A DNA stretch of 64,000 nt, from NCBI GenBank assembly GCA_977017575.1, contig CDRNVI010000069.1:387664-451663 (forward strand), given 5' to 3'. The stretch's first letter is position 1, and each line of letters opens with the position of its first letter. The position numbers and the translations under genes are program-made. The notes under the pieces are model-generated. The model worked only from the letters and a program-made list of their open reading frames with translations. It had not been told where the DNA came from and ran no database searches. Origin of the DNA: Paramoeba atlantica. Lineage: Eukaryota; Protista; Discosea. Shown in pieces: positions 1 through 7,952 of this stretch.

Positions 1-2091
1 CGCAGCTTCGAGTGACGGTACGTTTGTAGAGCTGAGAGTCACATCGTCTTGATATGCTCGTATTTTGACGTCGGGGTATAAGCTTGCGATCTCGCGAATG
101 GGACCGTGTAAAAGTGCACAGAAGTACATGGAGGATAATGATGAGCCTTGTCGAATTCCTGACGAACTTTCGATGGTCGCGAAAAGAGCGTTGTGTGCGA
201 AAAACAAAAGTTCGGATGAGAGGCCGTATTCAAGGTAAAACAGTCGCATAAAAGGTTTGAACACAGGATTCTCTAGTAGTGCTTGTGTTATGGCGTCGCG
301 TCGTGGAGTGTTGTATGCGTTCGTGAAATCTACCGTAATCAATGCGCATCCATCCTCGTATTCTTGTAGTAGCTCATGCACTATTGATTCACATGCGCTC
401 TTGTGGAGAACACCCCGCTGCATAGGCGAAAAGTATTTTCGTAGTGCACATTCATGTCGCTCGAGTAAAATGGATCCGCAGATTTTTAGGATCGTCTCCC
501 CCATGGCGACTGGCCGTATACCGTTTTGTGGCTTCGGAAGAGCAATAATTCGGCAACGAGTGAGACGCTTCCGCACGCTTACAGGCACGTCGCCATTGAT
601 AACGTCGCGAATCATATGGCATAATGAAAGGCATGCTTCTTCATCTTCAACAAGCAAACGCATCATGCTCTCACTAAGCCCGCTTGGTCCCGGAGATGCC
701 CCTCGCGCAAGTTTTTCGACTGCAAGGCGGAGTTCTGATTTATCTACAACGCCGATCCGTGGAAAGTCAGCTTCCGGAATTTCAATACTAGGCCCCTCGG
801 GATGCAAATCGCGAAGTTTCTGTAATTTTTCATGCGCTGTAAGATTGGAGACCTTGTAAACGTTGTCGAGAATTCGAGTGGCTTTCCCGATGTTTCCAGC
901 TCGAGCGGTCGTTAAAGCATTCTTGATCGAGCGACGGTCGACGCCAAGTTCTTCCCTTTGTTCTATGCTGAGTGTTTCGTTTTTCGATGGATCCGCTTGT
1001 TTGTTTATGTGTCCGACTCGTTGATTTTGCCGAGAAAGTTGACGAATAGTAGCGAGCGAGTCTCTTGGTGCGTTCAAAAATTTATCCCAGATAGCTGTTT
1101 TCTCAGAGTCAAGTTCTACCGATGGATACCCACGAAGTATGGCTCGGAAGATGGCGACTACATGGATTGAAAAAGATGAATCAATGGGTACCATCGTGGG
1201 CAGCGGCTCGAGATCACTTTGACCATTTTCATCGCTAGACACGTTGTCGGCGTGTTCTTCTAAATTCCGCGTAATTGTTTCGACTTTGATCAGTTTCGTG
1301 GCTCGTATCGAACAGATTCTGATCCTGTTTGTGTGTGGAAGATAAAGAAAGCCACTGGGACCTTTGCTGCCTTGAGCTGGATTGTAAGAGATTTTGACTT
1401 TGACCATTCCTTTTCGTGAGGTCCTACCTACGACGATGCCTTTCGACGTGTAATTTACCGTGTCTTGTCGGAAGCCCCACTCGATAACACATTCCGTGCC
1501 TTTGCCCCACTTTGCTACCATGTTGTGCACATGATCCGGTGCTTTGGAAAGAGCACTTCTGTTTGCCAGATCTGCTATGACCTCGTTATCGCTGTCAAGA
1601 GACATATCTTCGCTCTCGTCTTCGTAATGTTCCTCATCCGAGTCAATATCCGGTGTTGTCTCTTGTTGTGGTTCTTGACGTGGCTGTTCGTCGAAAGATG
1701 TCAATCGAAAGGTCTTAGGCGTGATTTTGATTTTGATTTTGTCGCTGTGCGCACTGTTCTGTTCGCCGTGATCAGCCCAGTCTTTTGGCAGAGGTGTAGA
1801 TCCGACGATTCGAATTCTTGGGGTTTTCTTTGGTTTGGACAGTTCATGCGTAATTCGGCCATCTCCTGTGGTGAGATCGGGTAAGTCTGACGCCGTGTGA
1901 TTTCCGGAGCGTTCCTTCATTCCCTCTTTCCGCGAAACTTGTAGAATCTTGATCATTGAGCCGTCTGAGGAAACCGTTGTTGTGCTCTTCTTTTCTTTGC
2001 CACGCTTTCCTTTTTCACGTGATTTCTCTGTTGTACGACTTGTCTTCAGGTCTGAATTTTTGCTCACGACTGAGCGGGAAGGGCGTGTCAT
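1..2091 (-). CDS. CRE/SLACS-like non-LTR retrotransposon ORF, 5' part (runs off the left edge; missing from the ORF track)
   Basis: Hand translation from ATG 2091 (MTRPSRSVV...) is stop-free to base 1. It contains ARGASPGPSG, IRPVAMGE, VDFTNAYN, GIRQGSSLS and RAYQDD, matching the RT motifs of 38467-40080. Confidence 0.9.
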   Translation of the reverse strand, partial: MTRPSRSVVSKNSDLKTSRTTEKSREKGKRGKEKKSTTTVSSDGSMIKILQVSRKEGMKERSGNHTASDLPDLTTGDGRITHELSKPKKTPRIRIVGSTPLPKDWADHGEQNSAHSDKIKIKITPKTFRLTSFDEQPRQEPQQETTPDIDSDEEHYEDESEDMSLDSDNEVIADLANRSALSKAPDHVHNMVAKWGKGTECVIEWGFRQDTVNYTSKGIVVGRTSRKGMVKVKISYNPAQGSKGPSGFLYLPHTNRIRICSIRATKLIKVETITRNLEEHADNVSSDENGQSDLEPLPTMVPIDSSFSIHVVAIFRAILRGYPSVELDSEKTAIWDKFLNAPRDSLATIRQLSRQNQRVGHINKQADPSKNETLSIEQREELGVDRRSIKNALTTARAGNIGKATRILDNVYKVSNLTAHEKLQKLRDLHPEGPSIEIPEADFPRIGVVDKSELRLAVEKLARGASPGPSGLSESMMRLLVEDEEACLSLCHMIRDVINGDVPVSVRKRLTRCRIIALPKPQNGIRPVAMGETILKICGSILLERHECALRKYFSPMQRGVLHKSACESIVHELLQEYEDGCALITVDFTNAYNTPRRDAITQALLENPVFKPFMRLFYLEYGLSSELLFFAHNALFATIESSSGIRQGSSLSSMYFCALLHGPIREIASLYPDVKIRAYQDDVTLSSTNVPSLEAA

Positions 2092-2118
2092 AACGATTGA
2101 GATAATAAGAAAATAAAT

Positions 2119-2317
2119 CTTGAAGTTTACGGATAGAATTTGACGAGAAATATATTTTCGAAGTGATATGGATAGGATGCCCCGCCGGGGGGCATTGTAC
2201 CTGTTTTTGTTTTAAACAATAAAATTGTGTTAATACTGATATACAAATATCCCGTAGTACGATATTCGAATATTTATAATTCAATTACTCAGGTTTACTG
2301 TTCTCGACAAAAGTTTC
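2119..2317 (+). repeat. Split direct repeat A (199 bp); further copies 6624-6822, 11128-11326, 15633-15831
   Basis: Identical sequence cttgaagtttacgg...cgacaaaagtttc in four places. Confidence 0.9.
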
Positions 2318-2325
2318 TCGACAAA

Positions 2326-3447
2326 ATGACCGTAATCGACATTCCTTTGACAGCCCGACGGTCATCACGCAGTGCTTCTCCGGCCTCTGAGCCGCTCGTG
2401 CCTACCGAGCCGCTTAGTCAGCAGGAGTTAAGTTTGGTTTGTACAGTGGCAAGGGAGAAATTGTTGTTCAAAAAATCGGTACAAGTGCGTGCGATCTTTC
2501 GACGGAAAGATGATTTAAATGGTGGTCGACAGACTGTGATGGGAAAGTTGCGAAAGGATGGCCTGGATTTATGGGCGGTGTGGGAGGACAAACCGTCCAA
2601 GGAGTACCAGTTTCCTCATCCGGATTTGGATTATTATGAGCTCAACATTATCGAAGATCGAGAACTACCACCCGCTCTTATTGAGAACTCTTCGCAATTA
2701 CTCACCGATGAAACGCATCAGCTGGGCTCACGTAATGAGGCTGCCGGCATGCAAGAGGTAATTGGGGGGAGAACTGGTGCCGCACCAATTTCAGAGGCTT
2801 TACGGGAAGGCAGATTACTCGACCCGAATGCATTGAACGCCTACGAACCTTTGACTTACGAGCCTTGGATTAATGCGGCGGATGACGATGGTTTTCGCAC
2901 TAGGGACCTGATTCGCGAGCTTCGGGATGCGCCTGAGTTTGGTTTACGCGTTAATCAGTTTTATCATGATCGCACGTTTATTAAGCAGCAAGAGCGTTTG
3001 TTTAATTCTGTATTTTGCAAGTGGATTATTTTTGCGCGTTTGATACCCAACTGGAATGAAGGTGTGTACCTCGAAATGGGACGTGGGATTGTGCAGACAC
3101 TTCGTGACGCGTACTGGCGAGCACGCCGCATAGATGTGGACTTGGTCCATCAAAAAATGGAGAAGGATATCCGTCCGGACGGCAAGTTTTATCATCACGT
3201 GAATGATCAATTGGTTGAGCGACAGAAGCAATATGCACGTGTTCAGTCTTTCTCTGCTCCACCATCTATGCAAGTTTCGCGTCCCAATCAGTTCCCACCG
3301 CGACATGATGCATATCCTCCACGACGAAATTTATTATGCTTTGGATGTCGGTCGCCTGATCACATTTGGCGAAACTGCCCGAAGCGATTCCAGCAGGATT
3401 TTCGAGGACGGGTGGCTGGCCCTGCCCACAGCAGCAAGAGTTTCTGA
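2326..3447 (+). CDS. gag: Gag-like protein with C-terminal CCHC zinc knuckle (copy 1)
   Basis: First ATG at 2326 (MTVIDIP); CFGCRSPDHIWRNC = C-x2-C-x4-H-x4-C. Confidence 0.85.
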   Translation: MTVIDIPLTARRSSRSASPASEPLVPTEPLSQQELSLVCTVAREKLLFKKSVQVRAIFRRKDDLNGGRQTVMGKLRKDGLDLWAVWEDKPSKEYQFPHPDLDYYELNIIEDRELPPALIENSSQLLTDETHQLGSRNEAAGMQEVIGGRTGAAPISEALREGRLLDPNALNAYEPLTYEPWINAADDDGFRTRDLIRELRDAPEFGLRVNQFYHDRTFIKQQERLFNSVFCKWIIFARLIPNWNEGVYLEMGRGIVQTLRDAYWRARRIDVDLVHQKMEKDIRPDGKFYHHVNDQLVERQKQYARVQSFSAPPSMQVSRPNQFPPRHDAYPPRRNLLCFGCRSPDHIWRNCPKRFQQDFRGRVAGPAHSSKSF

Positions 3448-6149
3448 CAAAACCACACCCTAACGGCCAGTTCTATAGTAACATTCAAACGAAACAGAAC
3501 GACACTTTTAATGCAAGTTCCCAAAAGGAGAAGAGTGGAAGAGAACATTGTACCAGTGGATGTTCGCAATGTGCAGAATTTATCAGGGAGATACGTGAGA
3601 TGCGAGAATTTTTACGGCGGAACTTTGAGTTTGCAAGTAGCGGATACGGCGCGCGGAAATCTAGTGAAATTACTAATGGGGGTCACAGCAATGACCCCGG
3701 AAATCAGGCAGGCATTGGATGCGATGGGAAATATGTGGAGCGCATCGACTTGGCAGGCGAGGGCAAGGTTGTGGGAAAGGTTAACGGCCTTTTGTCATTG
3801 GAAACAAATCGAAATCACCCCAATTCATGCAGTAACTTTCATCGCAAGTTTACCAATCAAAATCCAAGGAAAGTTGTCATACGCCCGAAGTTTGGCGTCC
3901 CTACTCAACTTAGCCGGCAAGGGAACGAACCCGCTACGTTTTTACATCAAGTCACTCATGGCGGAGGGTGCGACGGAGCCGCACCGTCAAATGGCGCCAC
4001 TAACGCCGGAGTTACTGAAACAATTGTGGAACCACCTTCCTCACAGCGAAAGACATACGTTGCTGCTTTGTTGGAAGGCGGCAAGCCGGTGGTCCGAGAC
4101 AGCGATGCTCACACGCGACAGATTCCACGAAGTGTCTTCGACAAGAATCGTGATATGGTGGGGCAGACAGACCAAAGCATCGCGGTACAACCCGTATCGA
4201 GCGTCAATGTATACGGTTGTGGAAGGGCCGGGCACGGATCGTCTAGCGGATTACATAACAAAGCTGGGGCAGTTGCAGCCGATGTCAAGAACATCGGTAT
4301 CCGAAGTGGATGCGAAGATACGCCGAATTCTGGGGACAGGTTTCGGCTCACACTCAGCGAAACGAGGAGCAATAACACAGCTGTTTGCGGAAGTAGTGAA
4401 GGGCAATACGCGCCTCGAGGAAGTACAACGATTAGCAAAGCATCAGTCCCTCGATTCGCTTCTTCGATACAACGCCGACCCGGTTACCACCGCGTTGGTG
4501 TTGGGCACGCAGAAAGCAACCAGCAAGTTACGGATCATGTAGAGGCAAGTGAAATTTTTCGTAAGTTCTTGGATGACATACCACAGGAAAAGGTGCGTCA
4601 CACTATTACCAGAACGCGAAGGACGTCAAAGGTCGCGTTACCGAAGGATTATTCTATTCCATTGCATATCAAGCAGGGTATTCCCCGGATGTCGGTTAAG
4701 AAGTTGAGAGAAATGATGAATGAGGCGACTGGTGATCGATTCGATGAGACATTGGAGACTTTATTACGTTTACCGGAACAGGCATCCACCATTCCGCTAT
4801 ATAAGTCGTTTTTGCCGCACAATGACATAAAGGAATTAGCAGCGGCGGGTTTCATTTCCAGAGTATCAGACGAAGAAGCTAAGGTGCGGCCGTCTTTGGA
4901 TTGGGTGATACCTTTCACAGTTGTGGAACCTGGTGAACATGAACATTCCGAACGTCGTCGTTTTATAGCGTGGACGCAGGCAGATAATGATCGCATTAAG
5001 GAAATATATGAACCGTATGTCCCCGTTAGACATGCAGCGTATTATCTGCACCGCGCCAAAGAAGAAAGTGCCGTCAAACGGGATTTGGCGTGTGGGTTTT
5101 GGCAGGTCGCAATACCAGAGGAAAGTCGTCAAAAGTTTCGCTTTAAAGACGCAAAAGGGGATCTATACGAATTGACTGTAATGCCCATGGGGCATCGGTG
5201 CGCTCCCGAGTTAATGCACACCTTGACAGCAACTCTAGCAGGTGACAGAAATTACTGTACCGAAAAGCACGCGTTCTTTTATTCCGGACTGGACGTTTAT
5301 ATTGATGGTATCCGTTTTGCCGCGCGGGATGAGATAGCAAATAAGTACGCTCGTTTTGTGGATGATAGAGCAGACAGATTAAATGCCTTGTTTAAAGATC
5401 GTGGAGAGCCGCCCGCACAGATTTACACATTCAATGGAATCAAGTATTTTCATAGACAAGGGAAAGTGGCTTTAGGAGACAAAATTTCGCGGCGATTGCG
5501 ACAGGATGACTTTGCTGCAGCCACTTATGCATCTTTGGAATCGGGGGTAGGCCGCCTTATTTTCGCCTCCGCTGTAATGGGTGTTCACCTTCCTCACTAT
5601 CACTTGGAAATGAAAATTGTTCGTCGTCGGATTAATAATCTAAATCGCGACCCTACTTTGCTGGATAAGCCCGTTTCCTTACCGACACCGGTGCGAATCG
5701 CACTTTCGGAGTGGCGAGATAAGCTGTTGTATAAAACTCCCGTCGATCCACCTCCACACCCAGACACGGTGCCGCATAACCATATTTTGTGTACAGACGC
5801 ATCCTCTACCGGATGGGGTGCGGTCCTGTATTTGGATTACGGGCAAGTCGTTTGTGCTGGGTCGCGGTGGCCACCTGATTTTGAGTATGAAGTCAATCGC
5901 GCAGAGGCACGCGCCGTTCGCCTCGCCTTTGAAAAATTTGGCCATCACTTTGGTAGGGATACGTGTGTAGATGTCTTCGTTGATAACACTTCCTGCGTCG
6001 CGGCATTAAATCGTAAGATGTCTAATTCGGATGGTATTACGTCGGAGCTTCGCCGTTTGTTGGATTATTTAAAGCGTAAAGGGTTGGTCGTTAAAGCCCA
6101 GTATATTTGCTCGAAGGAAAATCCTGCCGATCCGTACAGCCGCATGTAG
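3366..6149 (+). CDS. pol: Reverse transcriptase-RNase H polyprotein (copy 1); N-terminal part overlaps the YR gene
   Basis: RT motifs KRDLACGFWQV, MPMG, YIDG; DIRS-type RNase H motifs CTDAS, NRAE, FVDNT, NPADPYSR. The true start is uncertain (track start is TTG). Confidence 0.88.
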   Translation: MAKLPEAIPAGFSRTGGWPCPQQQEFLTKPHPNGQFYSNIQTKQNDTFNASSQKEKSGREHCTSGCSQCAEFIREIREMREFLRRNFEFASSGYGARKSSEITNGGHSNDPGNQAGIGCDGKYVERIDLAGEGKVVGKVNGLLSLETNRNHPNSCSNFHRKFTNQNPRKVVIRPKFGVPTQLSRQGNEPATFLHQVTHGGGCDGAAPSNGATNAGVTETIVEPPSSQRKTYVAALLEGGKPVVRDSDAHTRQIPRSVFDKNRDMVGQTDQSIAVQPVSSVNVYGCGRAGHGSSSGLHNKAGAVAADVKNIGIRSGCEDTPNSGDRFRLTLSETRSNNTAVCGSSEGQYAPRGSTTISKASVPRFASSIQRRPGYHRVGVGHAESNQQVTDHVEASEIFRKFLDDIPQEKVRHTITRTRRTSKVALPKDYSIPLHIKQGIPRMSVKKLREMMNEATGDRFDETLETLLRLPEQASTIPLYKSFLPHNDIKELAAAGFISRVSDEEAKVRPSLDWVIPFTVVEPGEHEHSERRRFIAWTQADNDRIKEIYEPYVPVRHAAYYLHRAKEESAVKRDLACGFWQVAIPEESRQKFRFKDAKGDLYELTVMPMGHRCAPELMHTLTATLAGDRNYCTEKHAFFYSGLDVYIDGIRFAARDEIANKYARFVDDRADRLNALFKDRGEPPAQIYTFNGIKYFHRQGKVALGDKISRRLRQDDFAAATYASLESGVGRLIFASAVMGVHLPHYHLEMKIVRRRINNLNRDPTLLDKPVSLPTPVRIALSEWRDKLLYKTPVDPPPHPDTVPHNHILCTDASSTGWGAVLYLDYGQVVCAGSRWPPDFEYEVNRAEARAVRLAFEKFGHHFGRDTCVDVFVDNTSCVAALNRKMSNSDGITSELRRLLDYLKRKGLVVKAQYICSKENPADPYSRM
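3511..4542 (+). CDS. Tyrosine recombinase (copy 1)
   Basis: Catalytic set in order: R (AASRWSE), K (QTK), HxxR (HSAKR), H (AKH), Y (LRY). Confidence 0.9.
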   Translation: MQVPKRRRVEENIVPVDVRNVQNLSGRYVRCENFYGGTLSLQVADTARGNLVKLLMGVTAMTPEIRQALDAMGNMWSASTWQARARLWERLTAFCHWKQIEITPIHAVTFIASLPIKIQGKLSYARSLASLLNLAGKGTNPLRFYIKSLMAEGATEPHRQMAPLTPELLKQLWNHLPHSERHTLLLCWKAASRWSETAMLTRDRFHEVSSTRIVIWWGRQTKASRYNPYRASMYTVVEGPGTDRLADYITKLGQLQPMSRTSVSEVDAKIRRILGTGFGSHSAKRGAITQLFAEVVKGNTRLEEVQRLAKHQSLDSLLRYNADPVTTALVLGTQKATSKLRIM

Positions 6150-6394
6150 TCAAAATGAATTGAAAGTTCATCTAATTCAAAATATAGGTAGTTCCAAAAA
6201 TATAGTATAACTTATTTATAACTTATTTATAACTTATTTGGTATATAGAATCATCAAAAAAAAAAAAAAAAAAAAAAAAAACAGGTTATTAAGTGTGTGG
6301 GATAAGGCAGACCGTTTTCTTGTATCTGGAGTAGGCGCCACATACGAGTAGCAGTACCTGCGAGTGGGTATGTGTTGGACTGGCGAATGGGTGG

Positions 6395-6624
6395 TCCCCG
6401 CGTTGGACCCGTTCGCAAGCTCGTTGAAAGGGAGAGGTAAGTGTATGTTATTGTCATGGGATATTTATGTTTTGTCTTTTGCGCAGCTGTGACATTGTTT
6501 CATCTTTTTTGACATAGGAGATAACTTGGAATCATGTATAGGTTTGTATATGAGTTAATCGAATGTCTTTGCGAACAATATGAAATTTGTTTTCCTTTTC
6601 TAAATATATTATGATGTAAAATTC
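6395..6624 (+). repeat. Split direct repeat B (230 bp); further copies 10899-11128, 15404-15633, 15856-16085
   Basis: Identical tccccgcgttggacccg...atgatgtaaaattc in four places. Confidence 0.9.
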
Positions 6625-6830
6625 TTGAAGTTTACGGATAGAATTTGACGAGAAATATATTTTCGAAGTGATATGGATAGGATGCCCCGCCGGGGGGCAT
6701 TGTACCTGTTTTTGTTTTAAACAATAAAATTGTGTTAATACTGATATACAAATATCCCGTAGTACGATATTCGAATATTTATAATTCAATTACTCAGGTT
6801 TACTGTTCTCGACAAAAGTTTCTCGACAAA

Positions 6831-7952
6831 ATGACCGTAATCGACATTCCTTTGACAGCCCGACGGTCATCACGCAGTGCTTCTCCGGCCTCTGAGCCGC
6901 TCGTGCCTACCGAGCCGCTTAGTCAGCAGGAGTTAAGTTTGGTTTGTACAGTGGCAAGGGAGAAATTGTTGTTCAAAAAATCGGTACAAGTGCGTGCGAT
7001 CTTTCGACGGAAAGATGATTTAAATGGTGGTCGACAGACTGTGATGGGAAAGTTGCGAAAGGATGGCCTGGATTTATGGGCGGTGTGGGAGGACAAACCG
7101 TCCAAGGAGTACCAGTTTCCTCATCCGGATTTGGATTATTATGAGCTCAACATTATCGAAGATCGAGAACTACCACCCGCTCTTATTGAGAACTCTTCGC
7201 AATTACTCACCGATGAAACGCATCAGCTGGGCTCACGTAATGAGGCTGCCGGCATGCAAGAGGTAATTGGGGGGAGAACTGGTGCCGCACCAATTTCAGA
7301 GGCTTTACGGGAAGGCAGATTACTCGACCCGAATGCATTGAACGCCTACGAACCTTTGACTTACGAGCCTTGGATTAATGCGGCGGATGACGATGGTTTT
7401 CGCACTAGGGACCTGATTCGCGAGCTTCGGGATGCGCCTGAGTTTGGTTTACGCGTTAATCAGTTTTATCATGATCGCACGTTTATTAAGCAGCAAGAGC
7501 GTTTGTTTAATTCTGTATTTTGCAAGTGGATTATTTTTGCGCGTTTGATACCCAACTGGAATGAAGGTGTGTACCTCGAAATGGGACGTGGGATTGTGCA
7601 GACACTTCGTGACGCGTACTGGCGAGCACGCCGCATAGATGTGGACTTGGTCCATCAAAAAATGGAGAAGGATATCCGTCCGGACGGCAAGTTTTATCAT
7701 CACGTGAATGATCAATTGGTTGAGCGACAGAAGCAATATGCACGTGTTCAGTCTTTCTCTGCTCCACCATCTATGCAAGTTTCGCGTCCCAATCAGTTCC
7801 CACCGCGACATGATGCATATCCTCCACGACGAAATTTATTATGCTTTGGATGTCGGTCGCCTGATCACATTTGGCGAAACTGCCCGAAGCGATTCCAGCA
7901 GGATTTTCGAGGACGGGTGGCTGGCCCTGCCCACAGCAGCAAGAGTTTCTGA
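6831..7952 (+). CDS. gag: Gag-like protein (copy 2)
   Basis: Identical translation to copy 1. Confidence 0.85.
   Translation: MTVIDIPLTARRSSRSASPASEPLVPTEPLSQQELSLVCTVAREKLLFKKSVQVRAIFRRKDDLNGGRQTVMGKLRKDGLDLWAVWEDKPSKEYQFPHPDLDYYELNIIEDRELPPALIENSSQLLTDETHQLGSRNEAAGMQEVIGGRTGAAPISEALREGRLLDPNALNAYEPLTYEPWINAADDDGFRTRDLIRELRDAPEFGLRVNQFYHDRTFIKQQERLFNSVFCKWIIFARLIPNWNEGVYLEMGRGIVQTLRDAYWRARRIDVDLVHQKMEKDIRPDGKFYHHVNDQLVERQKQYARVQSFSAPPSMQVSRPNQFPPRHDAYPPRRNLLCFGCRSPDHIWRNCPKRFQQDFRGRVAGPAHSSKSF

Noticed and set aside
257-1884. Plus-strand ORFs of 200, 70 and 139 aa, and most other short ORFs in the track
   Set aside because: Antisense or off-frame shadows of retroelement ORFs.
6340-6425. 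HDV-like ribozyme (GGCGAATGGG resembles J4/2-P2)
   Set aside because: I could not build P1/P2/P3 upstream; the motif instead pairs downstream with ACCCGTTCGC.
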